Source of the DNA: Octopus sinensis
Taxonomy: Eukaryota
NCBI RefSeq assembly: GCF_006345805.1
Contig: NC_043009.1
Coordinates: 40,486,001-40,550,000 of the forward strand
DNA: 64,000 nt
Direction of reading: 5' to 3'
Positions 38,461-52,646 of this stretch are shown here, in pieces. The position numbers and the translations under genes were made by a program. The first letter of the stretch is position 1. Each line of letters begins with the position of its first letter. The notes under the pieces are model-generated. The model was not told the origin of the DNA. It was given only the letters and a program-made list of their open reading frames with translations, and searched no databases.

Positions 38461-41400
38461 ATATAGTTTGTTTGTGTTTGCTTCAGTATTTGCGCTTGCA
38501 ATGTCCTTACGCGTGTGTCAGGGGTCGTCAAGTACAGATTCTGGGGTGTTTTTTTTTTCCTGTTTTAATATATTTTTTATGTTATGCGATGAAGTAAACG
38601 AAAAAGTAACAACAACAATAAAACAAAAAAATAACATTTCCCTCTCAACAATTTTTGCTTGCTAAGATAATTAACGAAACCTTATCTGGATAGATCTAAC
38701 TAAAATATTACGAATATACACCAAACAAACTAGTGAGAGAGCCCAGCGAAGCATACATAATGTTGAATCAAGTTAGATAGACGTTGAGCATACTTAAAAT
38801 GATACATCATAACCATATGTCTTTCTCGTTTTCTTAAGAGATATTGTTGTCTTATGCCAGAAAAGAAAATTGAAAATTATACGCTGTTTATTAATGTTTT
38901 GGTGGCTGATTAATAATAGTCGAATTATTAAAATAAACAGCAACAAAAAATAAGGAATTTAGTCTCTTAAATCTGTCCAAAGTTGTTTGTTTTAGTAAGT
39001 ATATATCTTTGGTTTCTTGCGTGTTCCTGTCCTTAAAGTTCTCTAATATGAATAAAATTGCTAATTTCACGTTTGGCTGAAAATATCTCTCGCATTGTAA
39101 ATTATTTTCTATCGTTGGTTATTCCCTTCTTAGATTCATTTTTCCTCAACGTCCACTGAACGAGATTGCAGTAAGTGGGGGAAAGAAAGAGAGTGTTTTC
39201 GAAAGAGCTAAGCATACCGTTTTGCAAAATTCTCTTTTCAAATTTGTTCCCTCTTGTACGTGGCCACAATGTTGTCACATACCAAACCCCTTCGTTTATG
39301 TTCAATATCCTTTACATCAATGGACGACAGATGTTTGGCTCGCTTCCCAAAACTGAAAACTTTGATTTGATATCTAATACAGCATAAAATGCCATTAAAT
39401 AGAGAACGAAGATATATATTCTTTGCTTTTTCTATGAGTTTCTGCTATAAACGTTTGTTACGCGAAGGATATTAGCCTGCCATAGCTTAATAAGTGTCGC
39501 GACAATGATTCTGAACTGCAAGAATAACGGATGTAAGGATTAAATAGAACCATTTCTTTGTGACTGGCGGCGATTAAGCTACTGATCTCACGTTGAAGAA
39601 CTCGAAGCAACTTGAATCCTACCATTAATAATCTTAGGACTGAAAACTAATTTCAACGGCCCCACCTCTTTCAGTGAAGATCATGACATTGTCTCTCCAC
39701 ATGCAATGAAAATATAATAAAACCAAAATAAAACAATAATAATATATATTCATTTCTTAGAAAGAACAGAATTTCTTATTTTATTCTGTTGAAAATCTTA
39801 AGATTCAAATATCTTCACAGTTAAGTATTTTTTTTTTTTTTACGTTTCACTTTTTCCTTTTATTGATCTTCCACACTTTTCTAATAAAGTTTATCTCGCC
39901 ATAAGCTTGTTATCTACTAACCTCTGGCAACCAAGCTTTTCTTCCCACAATTCTTTTATATTTTTTTTATTTGTTCTATTTTTATTTTTATTTTTCTTCT
40001 TCCTTTATATTTCTTTGAACAATTTCCTATATTATGATCAGTTGTTATGTCTCTCACAAGACACACATCTTTATTCTGATGTCGAAAAATCTACGTTTTC
40101 TATTTGTATGTAGCACAACCGAGATGAATAGGTCCAGCTACATTTGGCTTTCTCTGATCATAGGCCATAAGTCTACTTCATGATCAGAACAATTTATTGA
40201 CTCTCTTTTTTTTCTTTCTATGTGGGAAGCAAATGGCCAAATACTTATAAGGCATTGTCTGTATAGCCCAAGGTCAAGAAATTCTGAATGTGCTGAACTA
40301 TTCCAGCTATGACTATACCGTTTTCTTTATTTTTCTTTTTTTTTCTGCCCATGGTACTGCATCATCCCATTCTGCCCATAGGACTGCATCTTCTTTTTCT
40401 TATAAATGTAGAGAGTGACTGTGTGAAGATTTGACTGTTATTTTTAGCTAGTCGAATGACCGCATAGAAGCTACTCCATTGGATCATCCCATTACAATGC
40501 AGATGCCACTGATTTTGTATGGGTGAATCGGCAAAGCGGTCAAAGTGCATCGCGGAAATTAACTACGAATCTTTACGCTCTGAATTCAAATCACAGAGAG
40601 ACCAGTTTCGTTTTCCATCCTTCTGAAACCTATAAAATAAAGTACCAGTCAAACTCTGGGCTCTGTTTTCTTAACTAACCCTTCCTCCCTAAATTTCTGG
40701 CCTTGAGAGTATGTAAATATAGGGTTGACGAGGTGAACATGGAAACCTGAAACAATGTCTTTAATAAGAGTGGGAAAATGAGTTGAGAAATATGACTTTA
40801 GAGAACACAGAAGCCAAACATGTATCTGGGTTTCACCTAAAAAGCTGGTAATCTATATGAATATAAACCTTTGAGGGGGATTCTATCATGCATAAAATCT
40901 TGTGCAAATCTCACGAAATAAGCGACTGTCAGGGTTTTATAACGCCTCCTTTTCACGGAAATGAAAGCTTTACAGTCGCCGCAATTTTAGTCTTTGGTTG
41001 AAAGAAAACTAAATAAGCAAATAAATAAAGACTAAAAACAGAAAAACTAGATTATTATGTAGAGTATGATTCTAGAGGGGTTTTGGTTGTATTTCTAGTT
41101 ACTCAAACGACCGTATAGAAGCTCCAGCAGGGGATTATCACATTATAATGTAGATATCATAGACTTGGTAAGCACTTCAGCTGGAAGGAGACTGGTTGAA
41201 TCGGTAAAGCAGATAGAAAGCATCACGGGAAAATTAGCTTCGGATTATTGCACTCAAATCTCACTGAGATCAGTTTTGATTTTCATCCCTTTTGGTTATT
41301 CTTGTAGTTGTTTATTATCTATATATTTCTTTCAACGTCTCATCCAGGATGTACCTCTTTTTAACATTTATGTGGACTAGTTCTTCCCTGATTAAATATC

Positions 41401-41511
41401 AATGTAAATTACAAAAGAAGGTTAGAAGGAATATATTGGATCATGGCGCATCATCAGCTATATTTTCTACTGGTTGAGAATATAATGTTCTATTTAAGTT
41501 TTAATCCCAAC

Positions 41512-41677
41512 TGTTGTGTGGACGCCCCCAGACGATGAAGTAGACTAGCCCAATACGTAGATATAGAGGGAGAAGTCTAGTCGTCGGACTAGAGTAAGTA
41601 GGCTAGAACGGAGCAGACTAGAACAGAGAAGTAGAGAGTCGAGTTGAGTAGAAAGCATCCGAACGTGCGATATAACA
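41512..41677. mobile_element. Possible solo LTR
   Basis: TGTTGTGT...ATATAACA termini; 5-bp flanks ccaac/caaac; GC and purine richer than flanks. Confidence 0.45.
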
Positions 41678-41788
41678 CAAACGATGGTTTTTTTCGAAAA
41701 TGTGTTAAAATTATAATAGTACTAAAATGTAATTACTGATTTAATAGTACAAAATAATAAATAGTAGTTTCACGATTTTATTTCTTTA

Positions 41789-41808
41789 TCGTAATATATA
41801 AAACAGAA

Positions 41809-41841
<33 letters not shown>

Positions 41842-41900
41842 ACGTTCCCTATGAATACGAAAACTGAGTTACCGATTTTGTCATATGAAAAGATTCAGTA
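41789..41900 (+). mobile_element. Possible Helitron-like 5' end
   Basis: tc.taatatataaaa, then (TG)n, then aaactg..ttaccgatttt, an arrangement typical of non-autonomous Helitron 5' ends; no 3' CTAG end located. Confidence 0.3.
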
Positions 41901-42952
41901 ATCTTTCGGCTACCAAATAAGGTATGCTTTTTGCACAACAACTCTTTTTTACAACAAAAATAACCTTGAAAACGAAGTTAGGTCGCACAATTTTGAAGTC
42001 TTTAGCAAATGGAAGCAACTGCGCCTGAACCATGTCTTACATAGAGCATAAGGAGAAAATGTTTAAAATTCATGGAGTTTTACCAGGAATGAAACTTCTA
42101 AAATTCAGATAAGTACTAAAATATATAAGTACTAAAACACAAGTACTATAATAAGTATTAAAATACAAATACCGTTTAAATATTGCCTTTTTCTTGTTTG
42201 TTAGAAAAATAACGACGCCTAACACTTCCTTGGCATTTTCTATTTTCTCCTTTGTTAGATCAAAATGTTCACAAGGTGGCGCTATGTCCAGGTTAAGAAT
42301 CAATTTTTCTAAGTCATAATGGATCTAAAATCAACTCCTTCCGTTCCATGATAATTATTTATTCGTTCGAGTTTTGTTTGAATCTCATCTCCCTTGGTAC
42401 CTAATCCTGAACACACGGTTGCGTACAGAGAAAGATGTCTGATAATGTCACAACGACATCTTAATTAAGTGTCAGAGAAGGTTTAATTTCATCTGTGAAT
42501 TATGATCAAATAAATACATAAATAAATAAAATAAATAACAACATTTTAAACCACTTCCATTCTTTAATTCATTTTCTCTCCCCAATTTCCCCATACGCTT
42601 CAAAAACCCTTTGCTTATTTCATTCGTACGTGTCAAACGCACTGATAGTAAATTCTATTTTTTTAAAAAAGGAATAAAATGATGCAATATTAAAAAAAAA
42701 AGACAGAAAGCAGTTGTAAGGTTGGTGAATGCAATAAACGTCAAGTTCATACCACTTGACAAAGTTATAACTGTAATTAGATAGTATTGATTAATTTTAC
42801 AACTGTGTCAATCAACAATTGCATTTCTAATTGATACTTCGATTCCAATTTCAAAAAAAAAAATCACAGAGCGAACGTATTAATAATAATGATAATAATA
42901 ACAACAATAAAAAATTATTGCGGTAACAATAATGATAATAGCAAAGGAAGTG

Positions 42953-42989
<37 letters not shown>

Positions 42990-43136
42990 AAGAAGAAGAA
43001 GAAGAAATGTAGCAGAACTCTTATAAAGGAAAAGAGTTGTTTCAGATTCTAAGAATATCTTGCCTTGTTGCGAAAGCGTTGCCTAAGAATTCACTGATAA
43101 GGACAGTTCTTTCGAGATTTTTCCTATTTTTCTTCA

Positions 43137-43193
<57 letters not shown>

Positions 43194-43859
43194 TTATTTG
43201 ATTTTCTTCTTTTTTTTCTTTTTTTTTGACGTTAATTTGTCAAACGATTTTTTTCTGTCAAAAATAATTTTTGAAAAATTACAAATAATAAATTATAACT
43301 ATAACTTTATTTAACATTATGCACGCACGCTTATATTATATATATATATATATATATAATATATATACATAGAAAGATAGATAGATATGTACATGCATAC
43401 ATATATATGTGTGTATATTTAAATATTATTATTTTATTATTATTATCATTATTAATATTGTTATTGTTGTTATTGTCATTATTATTATTATCATTATTAT
43501 TATCATATACACATACATACATGTATGCACATATATGTACATCAATAAATCTATAAATACGCACACATACACATATTTATATTTCAAATATATGTGTGTG
43601 TGTATATATATATATATTTATATATTCATATATATACGCATTCACACACATACATATGTATATATATATACATATATATATACACTCTCACACACTCATA
43701 TATACATAAATACATATATATTGAGTGAGACATACACACACACACACACAGATATATATATATATTATATATATATATATTATATTATATATATATATAT
43801 ATATATCCATACATGTATGATAATTATCAAACATTTTCTCCTTCCACTCTATCGGCTTG

Positions 43860-44167
43860 ATGTCATCGTTCTTGTCGTTGTCATTGTCATCATCATCACC
43901 TTCAATATCAATCGTCATCATCAACGCCATCTCCATCGTCATTATCATCATCATCATCGTTCTCCTCCTCCTCCTCCTCCTCATCATCATCATCATCATC
44001 ATCATCATCGACCACCGTCATTGTCGTTGTTATGACTGGTTTTACTGTTACTTGGTTTTCTTGTTATTGTTAGTGTTGTCTTTTATTCATTTAGTTCTTG
44101 TTACGTTTATTATTCTCCAATGTCTTCAGCCTGAGTAGCCAATGCAAGAAATCATTATTGCTATAAC

Positions 44168-44229
<62 letters not shown>

Positions 44230-44782
44230 TAATAATAATAATAACAATAGTCACAAACTCGTTAACAGCGATATTTTGCCCGTCGCTACCGTCTGAGTTC
44301 AAATTCCGCCGAGGACGACTTTGCTTTTCATCCTTTAGGGATCGATTTTAAATAAGTACCAGTTGAATACTGGTGTCGTTGTAATCGACTCATCCCCTCC
44401 CCAAAAATTGCCCCCCTTGTAAGCAAAATTTTAAGTCATTATTATTATTATTTTTTTTATCCTCAGCATTGTTATTGTTGTTGTTATTATTATTATTATT
44501 ATCATTATTATTATCATTATTAATATTGTTATTGTTGTTATTGTCATTATTATTATTATTGTTATTATTATTATTATTATTAGTAGTAGTAGTAGTAGTA
44601 GTAGTAGTTGTTGTTGTAGTAACAGCAGCAGATGTTGTAGTACTAATAACTGAGTTAATGTTACTTTTTTTTCCTCACTATTTTTTTTTATTTCTTTCCA
44701 CACTAACTAACAGAGCTAGAAGGCATCAACGAATTTAACAACACCGACATTAACATCGGCACCACCTCAATCATCATCATCG

Positions 44783-44824
<42 letters not shown>

Positions 44825-45395
44825 CCACCACTACCACCACCACCACTATCATCATCATCATCATCATCATCATCACTGTTATCACCATTGCCATCATGAC
44901 CATCATCATAATCATCATCCCCTCCACCACCACCATCATCATCATCATCATTATCACCACCATCCTCCTCCTCCTCATCATCATCATCGTCGTCGTCGTC
45001 TCATTATCATCATTACTTTTCATCGTCATCACCATTATGATCGTCATCATCATTATGAACACCATCATCATCATCATCAACATCATCGTCATCATTGTCA
45101 TCATCATCATCATCATCATCATTACTTTTCATCATCATCACCATTATGATTGTCATCATCAATGTTATCACTATTACCATTATGACCATCATCATCATCA
45201 TTATGAACACCATCATCATCATCATCATTGTCATTGTCATGGCATCATCATCATCATAGTTGTTGTCATCGCCATCATCTCCATCAACAAAAAGACGAAG
45301 AAAAAGTAGGAAAATAACAAAAACAAGGAAGAGAAGAAGAACAAGAAGAGCAAGAAGACCAAGAAGAACAAGAAGAACAAGAAACAACAACAATA
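43860..45395. repeat. Large compound trinucleotide field (CAT/TAA/TTA/GTA/CAC/GAA) with an internal duplication at ~45009-45075 and ~45118-45225
   Basis: Visible arrays. Confidence 0.9.
44258..44434 (+). mobile_element. SINE family B, 5'-truncated
   Basis: gagttcaaattccgccgaggacgactttgc...aatcgactcatcccctccccaaaaattg. Confidence 0.8.
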
Positions 45396-45952
45396 ATGGC
45401 ACCATTCACGTTGGTAGACGCTTCTTTTACTGTTGTGAAAATAGTAACAGCATTGCTCTTTACCAAATATCAACTCTAAATCCATCTACTTTCTCTCTCT
45501 CTCTCTTTCTCTCTTTCTCTTTCTCTATTTCTCACTTTCACTTTCTCTCCCCCTCTCCCCCTCACTCACTCTCATTCCATCTTTAATCTCGTAATCTCTC
45601 ATCTGTATATAATGAGTCGACGAAACGAAAGAACAACAACAATCACAACAGCAATAACAACCACACTTTATAATAACAACAATATAATTTATCAGTTGAT
45701 GGTTACTGGGGTGCGTGTGCGTGTGTGTGTGTGTGTGCGTGTGTGCGTGTGTGTGTGTATGTGTGTATTCACATTCGTACATAGTTGAGCATATACATAA
45801 ATATATGCACACATATGCGTATAGGTAGCTATACACATAATATATACAGAGGTACATACATACATATGGTGTATACATATATACATGCACATATATGCAC
45901 ACTCATATATATACATGTGTGTATGTATATATACATGTATATATATATATTA

Positions 45953-45995
<43 letters not shown>

Positions 45996-46231
45996 TATGT
46001 GTATATCAGTATATCATATATGTATATATATATATGTATATATACATACATACATATATACATATATACATATATATGTATCCATATCAATATATTTATC
46101 TATATGTATATATGTGTGCGTGTGCGTATGTATGCATGTTTGTATATATATATATGTGTGTGGTGTGTGTGTATGTTGTGTATGTGTGTATATGTATGTA
46201 TATATGTATAAGTATATAGTGTATATATGTG

Positions 46232-46303
<72 letters not shown>

Positions 46304-46346
46304 GAAATGTGTGTACGTGTGTGTGTATATCTGTGTGTGTGAGTGT

Positions 46347-46397
<51 letters not shown>

Positions 46398-47344
46398 CGT
46401 GTGTGCGTGTGTGCGTTTCGAAGGTGCTTTTCTTTAATGTTCTTTATTATTATTATTATTCTGAAGAAAACAAGTAACTGTTTCTTTAGTCGTTCGTTTG
46501 ACTGGCGGTGTTTCTGTAGATAAGACACGGCTGTACGAGACAGATGAAGTATTGTATTGAAATGGAGGCAAGACAGGGAGAGAGAGAGAGAGAAAAAAAA
46601 ACTGTTAAATATGTGTTTACGAGAAAAGAATTACATGAAGAAATAATAATAGATAATCTAGATATGTTATGTTCATGGAAAGAGTAGCTATTCATTTCTC
46701 TGTTTGTTCCTTGCTCAGTTCATTATTTTATGCATTAATTAAACCTTTTTATGGCTTTTATATTCCCCCATTTTCTATATCGTTTCCAATCTTTGTCGAT
46801 GGTGAAGTTAAGTACCCAAGACGAAAAATGGGTACAGACAAATTGTCTGACGATTAGATAAAGATAAAATATCGGAATGTGTTTTGCCGTCTGCATCTCG
46901 CAATTTTCTTTCTTATTAGCTGCCGTAAATAGAATCTTGATGTTGAAAACGTAAATGGGAAAGAAAGTATTTTAATATTTAGATGTATGTTGTTTAAAGG
47001 GAAAATGAAAGGCGTGAGAGACGGCGAAATAATACAGTACATTAGTTAGCTGGTCGTGTTTGCGTACACAAACTAGTTATAAACTATTCATACATATTAC
47101 TTTGTACGCTCCCAATTGCGCGTGTCTGGATCAAGACGTGTATGTGTGAGTCTACGACACTTATATGTGCGTGTTGTAGTATGTATATGCGAAAGCTATT
47201 TTCTACAGACAGAGAAATACATAAAAAATTGCATAGAGAAATAAAAGCACGCATGCCTGAGCATGAGTTCATACTTCAATATTTATATATAAGTACGATG
47301 ATTACTGAAGGTGTATTACTAGACACAAACACAAACATGCGTGC

Positions 47345-47392
<48 letters not shown>

Positions 47393-47573
47393 ACACACAC
47401 ACATATATATATATGCAAACATGCACACATACAATACTTACAAATATGAAATATATATATACATTCATACATATATAAATGTATAAATACTTACATATCA
47501 GTATATATGTGTGTGCGTGCGTGCATGTGTATATGTGTGTCTGTATATATATATATAATAAGGATGGTATACA

Positions 47574-47617
<44 letters not shown>

Positions 47618-47824
47618 CTTACATCCGAACATCAATGCATACATTCATGTATACATACATATATACAAACTAACATATACATACACACACATATTCAAAT
47701 ATACTTACATACCTATTACATGCATACATGTATGCATCCATGAATGCATACATACATACATACTACATACATGCATACATACATACATAGATATATGCAT
47801 ACATACACACATACATACATACAT

Positions 47825-47902
47825 AATGAAGGAACCTTGGATATACGTTAGAAACCGGTTCTTTCTCCATTGGCAAGAATTCTTGAAATAAACTGAATGA
47901 TC
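47825..47902 (+). mobile_element. Retroposon 3' tip within (CATA)n, same family as 33832-34135
   Basis: Reverse-complement match to 33832-33910. Confidence 0.6.
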
Positions 47903-47996
47903 ACACACACACACATATACATACATACATACATACATACATACATACATACATACATACATACGTACGTACGTACGTACGTACATACATACATAC

Positions 47997-48620
47997 GTTA
48001 AGGTTGTCCTTTCGTAACCGAGGAAGGCCATCATTGCCAATTAGGAACATTGTGTCCTCAGACAAAATTGTACCCTGCTTCGTGGTTAATGATCCCAGCT
48101 CTTGATAAACATACACACCAGCATATGTTGCAGGCCTAGTTCCACCAATCCTTCTTTTACTCATTCCCTGCATTGGTGGCGATGACAAGTATTACTTTCA
48201 TAATTGACCTTCGATATTTCCCATGCTTTCGACAAAAACTTTACAAAATCCGTAAACTGTAGTCTCGGTTTCTACGAAGAAATTCATCATATAACATCAG
48301 CTTAGGGATCCTCTGATCATTCATTCGAACAAGGTGTCCAGTCCATCGTAAACACTGCTTCTGTACCTCTGCCTTAATGTTTAAGACGTCGAATTTCCTT
48401 ATGACCCCTGTGCCAAGTGCCCACAAGGACCAGCCAGCATTCAGAATGTGTCTAAGACATCTCTGATGGAAGTGTTCAAGTAGCCTTACATGATGCCTGG
48501 AAAGGGTCCATGTCTTACGTGAGTAAAGGAGCAGCGTCAGCGCACAGCCACACTACACAGCAACTTTTGTTCACCTTGTGGCTATCATGTTGGAACCAGA
48601 CACAAAACTCAAGAGCCTTA
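47997..48620 (-). pseudogene. RTE-clade LINE 3' remnant
   Basis: LLLYSRKTWTL..HVRLLEHFHQRCLRHIL and LRWTGHLVRMNDQRIPKLMLYDE; ends in a (TATG)n tail. Confidence 0.85.
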
Positions 48621-48889
48621 CTTACTAAATAAACAGACTGAATATTTTTCTGATCTTCTAAACCGTGAGTTGGTTGTAGATGATACTATTCAACACGGAC
48701 AAGTCATCAGTCTATCGAGGCTACATATATTTCTTAACTCATTGCACAAAGTAGCATACTCAACTTAGCTAATCATCAGGCCGAGTTTACCTTAATTACA
48801 TGAAGGTTACATTGCCGCTTAGAATTAACTAACTGTAGATGTGAATTGAGATTATATATGTATATATATATATATATGTTTGCGAGAAA

Positions 48890-48945
48890 GACTGTTTCAA
48901 TGAAGTCGCGTCTTGTCGACAAGACGCGACTTCGTTGAAACAGTC
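48890..48945. repeat. 56-bp near-perfect palindrome
   Basis: gactgtttcaatgaagtcgcgtcttgtc|gacaagacgcgacttcgttgaaacagtc, one mismatch. Confidence 0.95.
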
Positions 48946-49089
48946 CTCCACGCAAAGCAAATTAAATAAGATTTGGGATTTTTTGCGGAGGAGTATTAGA
49001 TGATCGAACGCCACGCATCCTTTTCCAAGTAAGTTTTTATCTATATATACATACATACGTATACACATATATTCATACACGCATCTGTA

Positions 49090-49166
<77 letters not shown>

Positions 49167-49509
49167 TAGACACACACACAGATACACACACACACACACA
49201 TACACACACACGCACGCACACATAGTCAGCATGGTTCATGTCTATACTATTGACATCAGCATCATCAACAACAACAGCATAACTCTATAAAGAGTGACGC
49301 AACCTCTCTGTTGTCGTTCTGTCAACTAGAAAAAGCAGTTAGCGCTTCCTCAAATTACACGCTACCGCATTTTATAAACGTTTCATTGGATAACATAATA
49401 CTAGATACTGTACGTCTCAAAATGAGACAAATGTAGTGTTAGACTTGTTTCGATCGGAGATCTGCTTGAGTAAGTTAGAGCCTGGAGTTGGACAACAACA
49501 CCTGCTACT

Positions 49510-49561
<52 letters not shown>

Positions 49562-50023
49562 GTAATACTAATACTGCTACTGCTGCTGCTGCTGCTACTT
49601 TAGTCTACGACTACATAGGTACATATAATCAACGTAATAGTTGAACTTATAAATGAAACATAGAAACTCGCCAGTTTCCGCCTAATCGAGCCTAAAGTCA
49701 ATCAGCCAACACGATATTCTTTATTGTACCAAAACATCAGAGAAATAAATTCAGGCGTTGAGATATTTCCCTGTATATTGTGGAAAAAAACATTGTTTTA
49801 TAAGGTTTAAAACAGCCCAAGCAAATCTCTCCGCGTTTATCAGAGAATGAGGTTTACAATGACAGGAAATATATAACTGCGTTTTTAACAATGCTTCCAT
49901 TTGAAAGAAATTATGTTTAAAGGTATGAAACAGCCTAGGTAAGTCATTCTGTGTTACTCAGAGCTTTATCAATGATTCCAAATGTTTATTGTGCTTTTAG
50001 CATATTTTTTCTTGGTCCCTAGG

Positions 50024-51154
50024 ATTCTGATGCCTTGGACCAGAAATATGATGCTTACAACCTTCAGAGGAATCCGAAATTTTCTTCCTATGTCATCTTT
50101 TGCTATATAAATTTTGTACATCTCTGACATTTCGAACCAGTTACTCGTTTTCCATGACGCATAAGTGACCGAAATCATAACATTGCCGCTGAAACGGGAC
50201 GCGGCTCCGTTGCGGGGTTCCAAGCCAGCAATCTTCAGGGGAGGGGAAAAATTTATTTACATGACGCTAGTACTTGACCGGCACGTTATTTTTCGACCTC
50301 GAAGGGATATGAACCAAAGTTGGCCTCGGCGAGATTTGAACTCAGAGCCAGAAGAAAAGCTGGTAATCATTTTGTTGGTTGTGCTAATGATTTTGCTTTG
50401 CTTTTAGTATTGTTCTCATTTAAATAAAGTGGGGCGTTGGTGTATTTCTCTGGAAAAGAATTTGTGCTAAGAAGTTTAAAACAGCCCACGTAAAGTTCTC
50501 TGGCGCTAATCAGAGAATGAGTTTAAAAAAAAAAACACAGACAAGAATTATTTAATTATGGTTTTACTATAGCGTCTATAAAAAGCAAACAGTTTCAGAC
50601 GCTGAGAAGTTTTGTCAAAAGTGAATACTTTCAGAAAAGGTTCAAATGGTTTCGATGGTCAGAGCCATTCAATGAACTGACACAGTTTTTAGTAGTAAAT
50701 ATTTTTATCAGATGACACATTAACAACGACAATCACTAAGACACGTCCATTATTTATGTACTCATAAGCAAAAAAATGAAACAAATAGAGAGAGTGAGAG
50801 AGAGGAGGCGAAAAACACAGAGAGGTGAAAAACCTCTCAAGACGTTGCGTCAAACACTTTAGAACACATTAAAACACATCTCTCTGTATTTATAAATGAG
50901 AGAGCTGTTGAATATTAAAAGTGACAGGAACACCACCAAGTCATTGTAATGTGATAAAAAAGGAGAAAAAAATGGTTATTATCTTTTTATGCTGAGCTGG
51001 AAAATATTAGTTACATCAATGGCAGCTGATTCTAAATGTCAGAGAGGTACAAAATTTATATAGTAAAAGATGACGCAGGAAAAAAAACATAAGCAAAAAT
51101 TTCAGATTCCTCTGAAGGTGTAAGCATCATACCTCTGGTCCAAGGCATCAGAAT
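50024..51154. repeat. ~120-bp inverted repeat pair (50024-50136 and 51030-51154)
   Basis: attctgatgccttggaccaga..tatgatgcttaca.ccttcagaggaatc.gaaatttt..tcatctttt.ctatataaattttgtac.tctctgacattt present on opposite strands. Confidence 0.85.
50210..50400 (-). mobile_element. SINE family B, diverged
   Basis: gccagcaatc..ggcctcggcgagatttgaactcaga. Confidence 0.6.
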
Positions 51155-51385
51155 TACGTTGGGTAGCAAACTAAAATTATCGAATAGGAAAAACTGTGAA
51201 CCAGAGCATTGCACTCAAATTACAGATTTTCACACATATAATTCTATAATTTTTGCTCAAACTGTAGATTTTTATTTTCATATTAATAATGTACAAGGTG
51301 ATGTTATGGAATGATTACATTTTGATATGGGCTTTTGAGCGAAAATGGTAGATTCGCATTTTAGTATCAATATAAGAAACTGATA

Positions 51386-51937
51386 AAGGCGGTGACCTGG
51401 CAGAAACGTTAGCACGCCGGCGAAATGCTTAGCGTTCTGAGTTCAAATTCCGCCGAGGTTGACTTTGCCTTTCATCCTTTCGGGGTCGATAAATTAAGTA
51501 ACAGTTACGCACTGAGGTCGATGTAATCGACTTAATCCCTTTGTCTGTCCTTGTTTGTTCCCTCTATGTTTAGTCCCTTGTGGGCAATAGAGAAATAAGG
51601 AACGTTAGCACGCCGGGCGAAATGCTTAGCGGTATTTCGTCTGCCGCTACGTTTGAGTTCAAATTCCGCTGCTGTCGACTTTGCCTTTCATCCTTTCGGG
51701 GTCGATAAATTAAGTTTGTCTGTCCTTGTTTGTCCTCTCTGTGTTTAGCCCATTGTGGGTAGTAAAGAAATAGGTATTTCGTCTGCCGCTACGTTTGAGT
51801 TCAAATTCCGCCGAGGTCGACTTTGCCTTTCTTCCTTTCGGGGGTTGATAAATTAAGTACCGGTTGCCTACTGGGGTCGACCTAATCGACTGGCCACCTC
51901 TCCCAAAATTTCGGGCCTTGTGCCTAGAGTAGAATAG
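51386..51937 (+). mobile_element. SINE family B, trimeric copy
   Basis: Three bodies in tandem inside one 17-bp TSD aatataagaaac(t/c)ga(t/a)a at 51369-51385 and 51938-51954. Confidence 0.9.
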
Positions 51938-52646
51938 AATATAAGAAACCGAAAATATTTTGGGAAACAAATCTGCATTTGAAACTATTTATTGAAACTT
52001 GAGTTATCTTGCAAATCTGACATAAATTCAGAAACCTAAGAAAAATGTGTACTTGCCAGTAAAATATCTTCAACATCCGGTTAATAGAAATTATACTCCT
52101 TGTTTCAAAGGAAATTACCAAAAAGCCTTTGAATAAACTGTTTAATTTAAGAAGGAAACGGGATCTAGTGACACTAATGGTTAAGGATGAAGGGTTTAAC
52201 AGTGAATTGAAATTGGGCCATCACCTTGAAAAAGTTGAATACGAAATAAGGATTTCTGATTTAGATACAAGGCCAGCACTTATAGAGGAGATAGGGTACT
52301 AGTCGATACTATCGACCTTGATACTTGAAAGGCATTTTATTTTCTGCATATACAGATACGATATATTAATCCCCTCTAATTTTGATTCAAGGCCAGGAAT
52401 TTCTAAGGAGAGGAAATTTGTCGATTACATCAATTTCAATGCTCAACTTGTACCCATTTTATGGGTGAAAGTTAAAGTTGACTTCGGCGCAGAACGCAGA
52501 CGGTAAATAATCTGAAGAAACGCCAAATAATAATAACTAGCATCAGAATTCCATCATTCACGTTTCTAAACAATTTGGATGGTCTTTTTATCCTTTGATT
52601 TAAGATTGCACAACCTTGGAAACTAAACTCAACAACAGTATGAGTA

